The notes: generated from the letters alone by a model not told the origin. Positions 1-10,325 are shown, counted from the first letter of the stretch. The stretch: 64,000 nucleotides of DNA from Candidatus Poribacteria bacterium (GCA_965205015.1 OZ242029.1:2976001-3040000); one strand, 5' to 3'. Numbers and translations: made by a program.

Positions 1-1084
1 ACGCCGCCTCGTCGGCTGGCAATTTATAGATACTCTCGTCCCCTATAACGGTATAGAGTGTATTTTCCGAAGTCACTGACAAAGTACCGACTTCTCCCAA
101 TATCCCGGGTTCATCCACCTGTGTCCATTTCACGATGTCCTCCATGAGATCATCTGAGTGTTGGAAACCTCTCAAGGTTTCGGGAACCCCAGGCTGTCGA
201 TGAGCGGCATTGCTCTGGCTTGGCGTTTTGACGTTCCCGAGCTGCGTCCGGACATCAGGTTTGGATTCAAGGTTTAGCACGATAGGTGCCTCAATGAGTT
301 CAACTGTCATTTCAGATGCCGCATCGAAACTGTAAGGTTTCTGGAAACGCGACAGATATTGACTGCCAAGACCTAACATCAAAAGGACAACGACTACTGT
401 GGAGACGCCTATTGCCCACGGCACAAACGGTTTACTGCCTGATGGTGCAATCGGTTTCAGGTGCGAGATTTCGCGCATGATATTCTCTGTGAGATTCGGT
501 GTGATCTGGAAGTTGCCTAAAGCCTCTCTGATCATCGGTTCCTCCTTCTTCAAACGCTGCCGCGCACGGTAGAGACGATTCTTAATCGCACTTACGGATA
601 CACCCATAAATTCGCTTATCTCTTCGTAGGTCATTTCACCGAGGTAGTAGAGCGTGATGACTGTTCGATCGCTTTCCTGTAACTTCGCAAGCAACTTTTT
701 GACGGCTTCGTGCTGTGCTTCGGCTACCGTGCGCTCGTTTTCCGCAATGACATATCCTGAATATGCTGCCTCTTCTAACTGCACATTGCTTGTGTTTTCC
801 AACGACTGCGTCTGCAAACGTTTTTTACGCAGCCACGCCTTGCAGCGGTTCGCCGCGATCACATAAAGCCAACCCGAAAAACGCTGCGGCTCCTTCAGTG
901 TTGACAGATTCTGATACGCTTTCAGGAATGTATCCTGTGTGATATCCTCCGCTATGTGAAAATCTCCGATCTTTCGCCACACCAGCGCATGCACCGATCT
1001 CTGATATTTTCTTACAAGCGCGGAGAACGCAGTATCATCGCCTGACAGGACCCGTTGAATGAGTTCAACATCTTCGTTTTTCAT
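1..1084 (-). CDS. ECF sigma-70 factor fused to a TM helix, linker and beta-propeller (3' end truncated by window edge; absent from ORF track)
   Basis: Manual translation from ATG 1084: MKNEDVELIQRVLSGDDTAFSALVRKYQ...EDITQDTFLKAY...FSGWLYVIA...AIKNRLYRARQRLKK (sigma regions 2 and 4). Then hydrophobic FVPWAIGVSTVVVVLLMLGLG, then DDLMEDIVKWTQVDEPG...ESIYKLPA, homologous to the propeller start of the paralogs at 4421 and 7349. Open to position 2. Confidence 0.9.
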   Translation of the reverse strand, partial: MKNEDVELIQRVLSGDDTAFSALVRKYQRSVHALVWRKIGDFHIAEDITQDTFLKAYQNLSTLKEPQRFSGWLYVIAANRCKAWLRKKRLQTQSLENTSNVQLEEAAYSGYVIAENERTVAEAQHEAVKKLLAKLQESDRTVITLYYLGEMTYEEISEFMGVSVSAIKNRLYRARQRLKKEEPMIREALGNFQITPNLTENIMREISHLKPIAPSGSKPFVPWAIGVSTVVVVLLMLGLGSQYLSRFQKPYSFDAASEMTVELIEAPIVLNLESKPDVRTQLGNVKTPSQSNAAHRQPGVPETLRGFQHSDDLMEDIVKWTQVDEPGILGEVGTLSVTSENTLYTVIGDESIYKLPADEAA

Positions 1085-1131
1085 CGGACACCTCTGGAAA
1101 AGAAAAGTTTATTTTTCTGCAGTCACACTTA

Positions 1132-1160
1132 ATGACGCGACTTAATATAGAAAAGTCTCA
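1132..1160 (-). promoter_or_regulatory. Possible ECF-type promoter TGAGAC-N17-CGTCAT
   Basis: Minus strand reads tgagac ttttctatattaagtcg cgtcat, ~50 nt upstream of the ECF gene; CGTC is a common ECF -10 core. Confidence 0.35.
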
Positions 1161-1325
1161 CAATTTTTCAAAAATAGGAACCAATTCATGTAAAGGAGAT
1201 TGAAATTCCGTCTTGGTGATAATCGGGGGTAAGGAGAAATTGTAGTCGTTCGATTTGTTTTTGCTTCTATCTGTTAGCAGCAGTATAGCATAAATCTGGC
1301 TAAAAGGATATAACGTGAACTTACG

Positions 1326-2735
1326 CTAAACCTCAACACGGACAAAGGCGAGATAAGCACCTGACAGCAGCACCACGGCAAACATTGTTAACAGCAACAT
1401 CTCCATCGCTGCGTCGTTAAAATCCTTGCTGAGACTCAGTGTATCTTCAAATTTTGGGACTGCTGCTGGCGGGATCTTCTTCTCTGTCATACCTTCACGA
1501 ACACCAATAATATGGAGACTCTCCGAATCCGATCTATCAATGTCAACGACAAATTCACGATATTGCCGAGCGTAACGTTCCACATTCTTCACAAATTGTA
1601 GATGCCGCTCAAAACCGGTTCCGGCAAAAGATTCAAGAAGATGTTGAAGGAGAGTCGCGGGCGAAACACGAGTGATGGACCGCGCATGTTGAACCTGCGC
1701 AATCTTGCTGGTGAAGTATTCTTGGTTTAAACCTTCTTCCACTTTTGCATCTTCAATGAAAAACTCACTTTTCGATGTCAACGTTTTTTTGTCCATTTTA
1801 TCTGACCAGATCACGTAGTCGTATTTAGCCCAGAGTTCCTCTAATATTTGGTTATGCCGTCTCCATTTTTCCTCAGTGGGCATTGCGGGGGCGAACTCGC
1901 TTGCGATAGAAGCCAATGTACTCGGCATAAAAACAACAAATGTGACCCAAATCAACAGGAGTATTACCAGGCTCACGGCACTCCGTTGCACACGCGCGGA
2001 TACTAACAATCCCAACGCAAGAAAAAAACAGGTGTATAGAAGTGCTATAAAGAAGATGATACCCAATCGTTCCCACGCTTCTATGTTAAGGTGAACAGCA
2101 GTTGTGGTGGAAATCATCAAAAGGTTCATCAACGCCGCAAGCGTAAAAGGGATGCTGACACTTATCAACGCTCCTAAAAACTTACCGATCAATACGGTAT
2201 GACGTGGCACTGAATTCGCTAACATTAACCGAAGGGTACCGCGTTCGCGTTCACCTGAAATGGCATCGAAAGTGAATAAGAGTGCAATCAAACTCAAGAC
2301 ATAAGCGATGATGAATGCCCAATCCACTTTGGTAACATCCGGACCAACGCGCTTCAGGTTTATGTTGGCATCGGGATATCTCAGTTTCCAAACACCTATT
2401 ATATTAGTGGAGTATACATAAGGCCTGCCGCCTTCAATGATGTTCGGCAGCAAGTGTTCTCCGCCTTCTGCGCAGAAATGCAGGGGTGACGGCTTTTTGT
2501 AGAGTTTTCCCGGTCCCTGTTGTGCGAGTTTATACAAACTGTCATCGGCGTGAGAATTCAGAACAGTCCGAGATTCGACGACAGCCTTGTTATACTTCTG
2601 GATCCGCTTTGGATGCTCGCGGAGATGTCCGAGGGCATTGGTTAACATCAATGCTAAGAGCAAGAGGGTCGTCAGTGCGAATCGAAGGCTATTGAAGTTG
2701 TCGTAAAGTTCACGTTTTGTGATATGTAATATCAT
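1326..2735 (-). CDS. ABC-2 type transporter permease (subunit B of pair)
   Basis: FDAISGERERGTLRLMLANSVPRHTVLIGK permease motif, multiple TM helices, two large extracytoplasmic loops; paralog of 10326..11753. Confidence 0.88.
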   Translation of the reverse strand: MILHITKRELYDNFNSLRFALTTLLLLALMLTNALGHLREHPKRIQKYNKAVVESRTVLNSHADDSLYKLAQQGPGKLYKKPSPLHFCAEGGEHLLPNIIEGGRPYVYSTNIIGVWKLRYPDANINLKRVGPDVTKVDWAFIIAYVLSLIALLFTFDAISGERERGTLRLMLANSVPRHTVLIGKFLGALISVSIPFTLAALMNLLMISTTTAVHLNIEAWERLGIIFFIALLYTCFFLALGLLVSARVQRSAVSLVILLLIWVTFVVFMPSTLASIASEFAPAMPTEEKWRRHNQILEELWAKYDYVIWSDKMDKKTLTSKSEFFIEDAKVEEGLNQEYFTSKIAQVQHARSITRVSPATLLQHLLESFAGTGFERHLQFVKNVERYARQYREFVVDIDRSDSESLHIIGVREGMTEKKIPPAAVPKFEDTLSLSKDFNDAAMEMLLLTMFAVVLLSGAYLAFVRVEV

Positions 2736-2737
2736 TC

Positions 2738-4240
2738 CTATACCTCACTCCGAACGAAAATCAGGGATATTATCGCGAACAGCACCAAATTAATCATCAA
2801 CAGCAAACATAAATCCGGTAACGCTCGCTTAGCGTTGATGCCAATATCACTTCTTTTGAATGAAAACTGTGGAAGCAGGTCCCACTCAATTTCCCCCTCG
2901 GCACCAACGAACCATAGTCGGGACTCAAATATCTTTTTGTCGAGATAATAGTCAATGACTGCCTGATGATACCGTTGAATTGCGGTGAAAAAGTCTTGAA
3001 GTCCGTTTAAGTCCGTGCCTGTCCAGGCTTGGGTTGCGGCGTCATACAGACCGACGGGTGAAAACTTCAATAGCATCTGCTCCATTTTTGCGGGTTGTGT
3101 ATAAAGCGCATCCAGTGCAGGCTTTCGGACAAGCCATATCCGTTCTGCGGTGTTGGTAACTTGTGTACCAAAAAAGCGATGATAATTCTGAGCGTGTGGC
3201 ACCCGCGGTTCAGATTCCTCGTCAAGTGTTTTATAATGGAATCCAGTAGAATAGTAGTATTGTAATATTGACGAATCGTCCCGGAGACCCCGAAAAGTGT
3301 AGCCTTTACCCTGCAAACTAAATGTCCATTTTTCGCCAGGTACAGGGTCATTGGCGAGATACTGCTTCCGATCTCTATCAAAGTCCTCCCATATCTGTTT
3401 GATTTGGTTGTAAGTGGAGGTTTGCGTATCGGGATGCGGTTCAGTTTTAATCGCGGTTAGAATCATATTTGGATACACCAGCACCAAGAAACCCCAGACG
3501 AACATTGCAAGCATGAGAGCCGTGCTTGTTCGGCGAGTTGCCGCTGAAATCAGCATGCCGATCAGATAGAACAGCGATAGATAGACAAACGACGTGAAAA
3601 CAACCCCACCGATGCGCAGAAAATCATCGGTGCTCAGAAAGATAGATGCGGATGTCGTTAGCATAATGAGTGCGAGGAGAATACACATCAATAAAGGTAT
3701 CAGCAGGCATATCATCCCACTGATGTATTTAGCAAATAGGATTTGCCCGCGCCGAACAGGGTGTGTCAGCACAAGTCGTAATGTGCCGCGCTCGCGTTCC
3801 CCCGCAAGCGTATCGTAGGCAAAGACGAGTGCCAATAGGCTCAAAATTCCTTGAAAAATAAAGACGAGATCTATTGAAGAGAAGAGATTGAGAAACGGAT
3901 TATCCGCCCCATGTTTCCACGCATCCCATAGGGTAGGGACGAAAAAATAATTAACGCTAAGTGTGTTCCCCAATCGTTTGTCTAAACCGACATTAAAGAT
4001 GCTCAACGGGTTGGGCGGACGATCAATTGTTAAGCGTGCTGCTGAATAGGTTGTCTTTTCCAGCATTTCTTGCCGATGCTTTTTGACAGCGGTGTCGTAA
4101 CCCGCCAACCGCCGCTCGTAATCCCTGATAAGCACAGTCGTCGTAGCAACAACAAGCAACAGCATGATGAAAACAGCTGCAGCAAATCGGAATGTCATTA
4201 GGTTGTCGAGGAGTTCCCGGCGAATGAGTGTTGTTAGCAT
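2738..4240 (-). CDS. ABC-2 type transporter permease (subunit A of pair)
   Basis: AYDTLAGERERGTLRLVLTHPVRRGQILFAK motif; 2 nt from the next permease; paralog of 11756..13267. Confidence 0.88.
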   Translation of the reverse strand: MLTTLIRRELLDNLMTFRFAAAVFIMLLLVVATTTVLIRDYERRLAGYDTAVKKHRQEMLEKTTYSAARLTIDRPPNPLSIFNVGLDKRLGNTLSVNYFFVPTLWDAWKHGADNPFLNLFSSIDLVFIFQGILSLLALVFAYDTLAGERERGTLRLVLTHPVRRGQILFAKYISGMICLLIPLLMCILLALIMLTTSASIFLSTDDFLRIGGVVFTSFVYLSLFYLIGMLISAATRRTSTALMLAMFVWGFLVLVYPNMILTAIKTEPHPDTQTSTYNQIKQIWEDFDRDRKQYLANDPVPGEKWTFSLQGKGYTFRGLRDDSSILQYYYSTGFHYKTLDEESEPRVPHAQNYHRFFGTQVTNTAERIWLVRKPALDALYTQPAKMEQMLLKFSPVGLYDAATQAWTGTDLNGLQDFFTAIQRYHQAVIDYYLDKKIFESRLWFVGAEGEIEWDLLPQFSFKRSDIGINAKRALPDLCLLLMINLVLFAIISLIFVRSEV

Positions 4241-4298
4241 TAATTACTCTCCAGTGTGCGCACTTACAAGACATATATCTAACAAAAAGGTGATGTGT

Positions 4299-4397
4299 GT
4301 TGGGTTTCGCGCGATTTCCATGTGCATCAACGCTTCATGGAAAGGCGAGATTTTTGTTATAGGGTGTGTTTGTTTTTTCGCGCTCAACCCAACCTGC
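4299..4397 (-). repeat. REP-like element (GCAGGTTGGGTTGAGCG...AAACCCAAC) with expanded loop
   Basis: Same ends as the compact copy at 19076..19106. Confidence 0.6.
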
Positions 4398-4420
4398 GGC
4401 CGCCGTGTAAGCATATACGT

Positions 4421-7228
4421 CTACTGATTGGCGCGTTCAAAACGGAGCACACCACGATGTTCGGTGCCAACGTAGAAGGTATCTCCATCAACAACGAGAG
4501 AAGTTATAGCATCCGGAATTTCAGGCACAATTTGTTCCCACGTCCGCGTTTCCTTTTTTAAGTGATAGATGCCGTCATCATTCGCGCCATAGACAGCATC
4601 CTTCGCTGTCGCTAATGACTTAATGATTACGCTTTCACCCGCTTTACCGGTGATTGCATTCCAAACGACACCATCTTTTGAATTGAAAACCCCTTTGTCG
4701 GTCGCGACATGAACCGTTGAATCGGCAAAGACAATTTGATTGAATTGTTCAACAGGTAGCGGTAGGTTTGATGTAATGTCGTTCCAACTATCTCCGCCAT
4801 CAAACGATTGGGCGAGATGTCCATCCCGTTTACCGACGTATACGGTTTCATCCGATGTAGCAAGTTTAAAACCTCGTTCCATGTTTTCACGTGTGAGTTC
4901 GCAAGTCTCTGCTACGCCTGTATCAGACCATCTTGCGTCCCCCGGTGTCCATCGGAAGAGCTTATAATTGTACTCCATGTAGTAGGTTTCTCCACTCACG
5001 GCGAAGTTGCCGTATAAACCTTCCAACATTAAGTCGTAAGCCAGTTCATGATCGTCTTGTTCTTGATCCAACAGTTTTAAAAAGCATTCTGCACCAAACT
5101 TTGGATTTTCCCGTATTATCTGAGTTGATAAAGTCTCAACATCTGCGTCAGGATCTGTAGAGGAGGAAAAGGAAATTTGTACCTCTTGTTCCGGTATCCG
5201 ATCAGAATCGAAGGGAAATGTTGCTTTTCCAAACACGGTCCACATGAGCCTTCCTGAATCTCGGGAAGGCGGTGTCGTTCCTTCAATAGGCAGTGAATAA
5301 CCCTCAATAGCGACCAAACGATTTTTATCGGGAGCGAAACGATAATAAGCCGTCTCACAATTACGTCGAATTGCTTTTGCATACAGAACGCCATCAGCTT
5401 CGGAAATCTGAACAATCCGGGGTGTATAGTCCTTGCCTTTTACTTTTGCCTTAAACTTCGGTACTTCCGAAGTATACTTTTGCAATTCAATGTCAACAGC
5501 GGTCCACGAATTACCTGCGTCTGTTGATTTGACCATACTCCCAGCAACTGTCGCGTAAAGTGCATTTGACATTTTTGAATCTGGACTCGCTTTAAAACTG
5601 ACTAAGTTATCCACACGGCACTCAAGCCTTGTATTGAATCGGTGCCAGGTTTTACCGCCATCCGTTGAACGATGGATGCCAGCGATGCCTCCAGTGTAAA
5701 AGGTGTTTTCGTCTAAAGCTGCAGCACAGCTCACGGTAAACTGCATAGGTGTAATACCGGAAGATTCTACAGATTTCCAGGTGTCTCCACAATCAATTGA
5801 ACGAGCCACGGTCCCGTCCTCACCGTCTATCAGTAAAAGTGTTTTTCCGGAAGCAAGCAGTTTTATCGGAGGTAAGGTTGTCATAAGATTCCGTGCCTCC
5901 GTAGGCGTTATATCTGTCCAAGAATCGCCACCATCGGTTGATCGGAATACCCACCACGAATCCTTACGAATATCGCACAAATCAAAGTAATTTTCTACAG
6001 GCGTTCCTTTACCTTCCGTTATATTTACCGCAACTGCGACATAGATACGATCTTCGGACACCGCTAAAGAATATACCATCACAGTATTGTCCACCGGCAA
6101 CTTCAGGTGTTCCCAAGCTCCTGTTTTAAAGCGGTATACTCCCAGAGAGGTGCCAGCAAATAAAGTCTCTTGGCTCAATTGTAATGTATAGATTCCCGAT
6201 TTCTTTGTGAAGCGGCTGTCTAAACCGTTGTTCATGTTTATCCACGAATTTCCAGCATCGTCAGATCGGAAAATACCTTCATTCAGGACAATGTAAAAGG
6301 TATCTTCTGTAATCCGTAATTCCCTCACATGCCCGTTTGGGCAAGGGCCGATAGAATTCCAAGTTTTGCCCTCATCCGTTGAAGCAAACATTTCATCAGA
6401 TGGGATAATATAGAGCGTCCCGTTGTGTTCAGCAATGGGGATATTGCCTTTGGTCCCTTGACGTAAAAAATCCGCGTTAACAAGTTGCCATTCATTTTCG
6501 CCGAACGGTAGTTTGTAAATGTTCTCAGAACCCATCACTGCGTAGAGCATCCTATCGGACGTTTTAGTGAGTGTGCCTACTGGAACCGCTACACCGGGTT
6601 CATTCATCTGAATCCACTTCATAACATCCTCCATGAGATCGTCTGACACGTGGGAACCGCCCAAGGCCTCGCGAACCATGGGAGCTTCTTTCCTTAATCG
6701 TTTCCGGGCGCGGTGGAGTCGACTCTTGACTGTGTTCGGTGACATCTCGAGAAAGTCACCGATTTCTTCACAACTCATTTCACTCAGATAGTGAAGTGCC
6801 ACCACTGTCCGTTCAGGTGCCGTCAGTTTTTGCAGGAGATATTCAACGATATCGCGTTGTTTTTCAGTTGCTGACCTTTCAGTCTGTTCTGCCATATACT
6901 GGGTGTAAAACAGTGCCTCTACTTCTGCTTCACTCATCGCTTCTAAGGATTGCATCGGATTTCTTTTCTCCGCGAGCCATGTGAGGAAACAGCGGGTAGC
7001 AATCATATAAAGCCATCCGGAAAACCGATTTGGATTCCTCAGTGTGCCGAGTTTTTCGTAAGCTCTGAGAAAAGTATCCTGCGTGATCTCTTCGGCAGCA
7101 TGGTAATCCCTTACCCGCCGCCATACGAAGGCGTGTATCTGCTTTTCGTATTTTTTCACGAGTGCCGTGAAAGCCGCTTCGTCGCCCACCAAGATACGCT
7201 CAATCCATTTTGCGTCGTCGTTTTTCAT
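4421..7228 (-). CDS. ECF sigma-70 factor fused to an Asp-box/BNR beta-propeller (no TM)
   Basis: N-terminal sigma regions 2/4 (ITQDTFLRAY...FSGWLYMIA; TVKSRLHRARKRL); many SxDxGxxW repeats. Start moved to MKNDD at 7228 (GGAGG upstream; matches paralog). Confidence 0.9.
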   Translation of the reverse strand: MKNDDAKWIERILVGDEAAFTALVKKYEKQIHAFVWRRVRDYHAAEEITQDTFLRAYEKLGTLRNPNRFSGWLYMIATRCFLTWLAEKRNPMQSLEAMSEAEVEALFYTQYMAEQTERSATEKQRDIVEYLLQKLTAPERTVVALHYLSEMSCEEIGDFLEMSPNTVKSRLHRARKRLRKEAPMVREALGGSHVSDDLMEDVMKWIQMNEPGVAVPVGTLTKTSDRMLYAVMGSENIYKLPFGENEWQLVNADFLRQGTKGNIPIAEHNGTLYIIPSDEMFASTDEGKTWNSIGPCPNGHVRELRITEDTFYIVLNEGIFRSDDAGNSWINMNNGLDSRFTKKSGIYTLQLSQETLFAGTSLGVYRFKTGAWEHLKLPVDNTVMVYSLAVSEDRIYVAVAVNITEGKGTPVENYFDLCDIRKDSWWVFRSTDGGDSWTDITPTEARNLMTTLPPIKLLASGKTLLLIDGEDGTVARSIDCGDTWKSVESSGITPMQFTVSCAAALDENTFYTGGIAGIHRSTDGGKTWHRFNTRLECRVDNLVSFKASPDSKMSNALYATVAGSMVKSTDAGNSWTAVDIELQKYTSEVPKFKAKVKGKDYTPRIVQISEADGVLYAKAIRRNCETAYYRFAPDKNRLVAIEGYSLPIEGTTPPSRDSGRLMWTVFGKATFPFDSDRIPEQEVQISFSSSTDPDADVETLSTQIIRENPKFGAECFLKLLDQEQDDHELAYDLMLEGLYGNFAVSGETYYMEYNYKLFRWTPGDARWSDTGVAETCELTRENMERGFKLATSDETVYVGKRDGHLAQSFDGGDSWNDITSNLPLPVEQFNQIVFADSTVHVATDKGVFNSKDGVVWNAITGKAGESVIIKSLATAKDAVYGANDDGIYHLKKETRTWEQIVPEIPDAITSLVVDGDTFYVGTEHRGVLRFERANQ

Positions 7229-7265
7229 GTGTTCCCTCCAATTCATAACAGTGGCTTGTGACCTA

Positions 7266-7307
7266 TGACAGATATTATAGGGGCGCGGGTTGCAAATTCG
7301 TAATTTT
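7266..7307 (-). promoter_or_regulatory. Conserved upstream block of ECF fusion (TGCAAC-N18-TGTC with internal TATAAT)
   Basis: 39/42 nt identical to 10113..10154. Confidence 0.55.
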
Positions 7308-7348
7308 GTGTCTCAAATGTTTTGAAAAGTTTCTTCAGAAGGATATGC

Positions 7349-10075
7349 CTATCTTCTGGTCCGTTCAACCCATAGCACGCCACGATGTTCGGTGCCGACG
7401 TAAAATGTATCCTCATCAACAACGAGGGAAGTTACGACACCTGAAATTTCTGGGGCGACTTGCTCCAAAGTGCTTGTATCACTTTTTAGGGAATAGATGC
7501 CTTCATCGTTAGCACCGTAAACGGAATCCCCTATTGTAGATAACGACTTGATAATAATAGGTTCTCCTGTCTCATCGACAAGGACATTCCAGACAACGCC
7601 ATCTTTTGAATAACAAACCCCTTTATCCGTCGCGATGTAGACGGTTGAACCTGCAAAAACTATCTCTTTGAAATGCTCGATAGAGAAGGGGAGATTTGGT
7701 GTGACATCATTCCAAATGTCTCCACCATCAAGTGATTGCAACAGGTGACTATCCCGCTTACCAACATAGATGGTTTCGTCCAATGCAGCGATTTTAAAAC
7801 CTCTCCATAACGTCTCACGCGAGAGTTCACCGGTTTCCTCTACACCAGTACCGTGCCATTCCGGGTCTCCAGGTTTCCATCGGAAGAGTTTGTAGTTGTA
7901 CTCCGCATAGAACGTTTCATCACTGATAGCGAAGCTTCCGCTTAACCCTGCTTGAACCATTTCATACGCCAACTGAGCGTCTATTTCTACTAATCGCTGG
8001 AAGAAGAGATCTGCCCCAAAAACTGGATTTTCAAACAGCGGTCTTCCGGTCAATGAATCTGTCTCAAAGACTGGAATCTTTCCTCTGATTCTATTTAACG
8101 CATGGTTGAATAGTTCGCGTGAATCAAAAGAAGGCGGCATCCCCTCAGGGCGGCTTAAGACACTGCCATTATCGGACAATCGAAAAATCAAAACTTCAGA
8201 CTTTCTCCGATTTACTTTGGCATAGAGAATGCTATCAGTCCCTGCTATCTGCACGACCTCCAAAGTTGTCTCCCTATATCCACTGTTTGGTAGGACCATC
8301 TCTATGTCAACAGCATTCCAGGATACCCCTCTATCGGTTGACTTGACGACATCTCCACCGATCCTATCCACCGATTTTGCAATTTCCCTTCCAACCCTTG
8401 CATAAAGGACAGTGGGTGTCCCCAGAACTCGATTCGTCATGAAACCGACTAAATTATCGACTCGACTCTCCAACCGTGTATTAAATCGGTGCCACATTTT
8501 ACCACTATCGCTCGAACGGTGGACCCCACTGTTTCCGGCTGTATAAAACGTGTTTTCGTCCAGCACTAACGTCTTTCTCACGCTGGACCACGTAGCGGAA
8601 ATACCTATAGATTGTAAGGGAGTCCATGTGTCTCCTTTGTCCATTGAACGTACCATCGTCCCATCCTCTTTTCCGATCGCTAAGAGGGTCTTCCCGGTAG
8701 TCATCAGCGTTATATCCGGACGCAAGCCTATCAGTTTCCAAGCGTTCATGGGTGTTACGTCTGTCCATGAATCTCCACCATCGGTTGATCGGAAAATCCA
8801 CCATGAACGTTTTTCACCTTGCCACAGTTGCTCCCACATCCCTTCGGGTGCTCCATAGAATCTTAAAAAATTTACGGATGCCGCAACATAAATCTGGTCC
8901 TCATACACCGCGAGAGAGCCGACATGTACAATGTCATCCACTGGCAGTTGTAGGTACTTCCAAATTCCCTCATCAAGGCGATAGAGTCCGATATCTGTCA
9001 TTACAAACAGAGTGTCTTGACTGACTCGTAATGAATGCACCCCAGAATGGTCTGCTAAGCGACTGTCCAAACCATTATTCATAGACTCCCACGAATTGCC
9101 AGCATCATCGGACCGAAATATACCATGACCAAGGCAGAGGTAAAAGGCATCTTCCGTTATTATAAGTTCTCGCGTATAACCTTTTGGACAGGGACCAACA
9201 AATTCCCATGTTAGACCTCCGTCGGTTGACGCGAACAATTCATCAGATGGAATAATATAAAGTATACCATCCCGCTCGGCTATAGGTATTTCGCCGCGAG
9301 TCTTCTGACGCAGGAGATCAGCATTTACAAGTTGCCATGCCTCTTCACCCATTGGTAATTTGTAGATACTTTCGTCCTCCACAACAACATAAAGGGTCTT
9401 TTCCGAAGTTGCAGACAAGGTTCCTACTGATCCCGCTACACCGGGTTCATTTACCTGCGTCCATGTCATGATGTCCTCCATGAGATTGTCTGTGTGTTGG
9501 AAACCTCTTAAGGTCTCGTGAACCACAGGTGCTTCCTTCTTCAGCCGCTTCCGAGCGCGATGGAGTTGGCTCTTAACCGTGTTCGGGGACACCTCCAGAA
9601 AATCGCCAATCTCTTCACATGTCATCTCACTCAGGTAGTGAAGCACCACCGTTGTCCGTTCACGTGCTGGTAATTTTTGAAGGAGATACGCAATCACTTC
9701 GCGTTGTTGTTCTGTTGCCAATTTTTCAGTCTGTGCCGCCATATATTGGGCGTAGAACAGTGCTTCTACTTCTGCTTCACTCATCGCCTCTAAGGATTGC
9801 ATCGGGATTCTTTTCTCTCCGAGCCATGTGAGAGAACAACGAGTCGCAATCATATAAAGCCAGCCTGAAAATCGGTCTGGATTTCTCAGGGTACCAAGTT
9901 TTTCGTAAGTCTTGAGAAAAGTGTCCTGCGTGATCTCTTCGGCAGCGTGATAATCCCTTACCCGCCGCCATACGAAGGCGTGTATCTGCTTTTCGTATTT
10001 TTTCACGAGCGCCGTGAAAGCCGCTTCGTCGCCAGCCAAGATACGTTCAATCCATTTCGCATCCTCATTTTTCAT
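7349..10075 (-). CDS. ECF sigma-70 factor fused to an Asp-box/BNR beta-propeller (no TM)
   Basis: Sigma domain highly similar to that of 4421..7228; STDGGLTW, SDDAGNSW, STDGGDSW, SLDGGDIW Asp-boxes. Confidence 0.9.
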   Translation of the reverse strand: MKNEDAKWIERILAGDEAAFTALVKKYEKQIHAFVWRRVRDYHAAEEITQDTFLKTYEKLGTLRNPDRFSGWLYMIATRCSLTWLGEKRIPMQSLEAMSEAEVEALFYAQYMAAQTEKLATEQQREVIAYLLQKLPARERTTVVLHYLSEMTCEEIGDFLEVSPNTVKSQLHRARKRLKKEAPVVHETLRGFQHTDNLMEDIMTWTQVNEPGVAGSVGTLSATSEKTLYVVVEDESIYKLPMGEEAWQLVNADLLRQKTRGEIPIAERDGILYIIPSDELFASTDGGLTWEFVGPCPKGYTRELIITEDAFYLCLGHGIFRSDDAGNSWESMNNGLDSRLADHSGVHSLRVSQDTLFVMTDIGLYRLDEGIWKYLQLPVDDIVHVGSLAVYEDQIYVAASVNFLRFYGAPEGMWEQLWQGEKRSWWIFRSTDGGDSWTDVTPMNAWKLIGLRPDITLMTTGKTLLAIGKEDGTMVRSMDKGDTWTPLQSIGISATWSSVRKTLVLDENTFYTAGNSGVHRSSDSGKMWHRFNTRLESRVDNLVGFMTNRVLGTPTVLYARVGREIAKSVDRIGGDVVKSTDRGVSWNAVDIEMVLPNSGYRETTLEVVQIAGTDSILYAKVNRRKSEVLIFRLSDNGSVLSRPEGMPPSFDSRELFNHALNRIRGKIPVFETDSLTGRPLFENPVFGADLFFQRLVEIDAQLAYEMVQAGLSGSFAISDETFYAEYNYKLFRWKPGDPEWHGTGVEETGELSRETLWRGFKIAALDETIYVGKRDSHLLQSLDGGDIWNDVTPNLPFSIEHFKEIVFAGSTVYIATDKGVCYSKDGVVWNVLVDETGEPIIIKSLSTIGDSVYGANDEGIYSLKSDTSTLEQVAPEISGVVTSLVVDEDTFYVGTEHRGVLWVERTRR

Positions 10076-10112
10076 GCATTCCCTCCAATCAACAACATTG
10101 GCTTATGACACG

Positions 10113-10154
10113 TGACAGATATTATAGGCGAGAGGGTTGCAAATTCGTAATTTT
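10113..10154 (-). promoter_or_regulatory. Conserved upstream block of ECF fusion (copy 2)
   Basis: Near-identical to 7266..7307. Confidence 0.55.
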
Positions 10155-10325
10155 ATAACTTTGGTTCAGTAAATTTCGGTTATAAAGAAGGGCGTTTTCA
10201 GCGGAAAGGTTTAAAACGAAAGTTCAGGTTTCAGAGGATGTAAGGGACATCCAATACGCTCACACGCAGATTTTTTAAAATTGTCCAAACTATAGTGGTA
10301 TTTAGAGACAAAAGATTCACCTATG

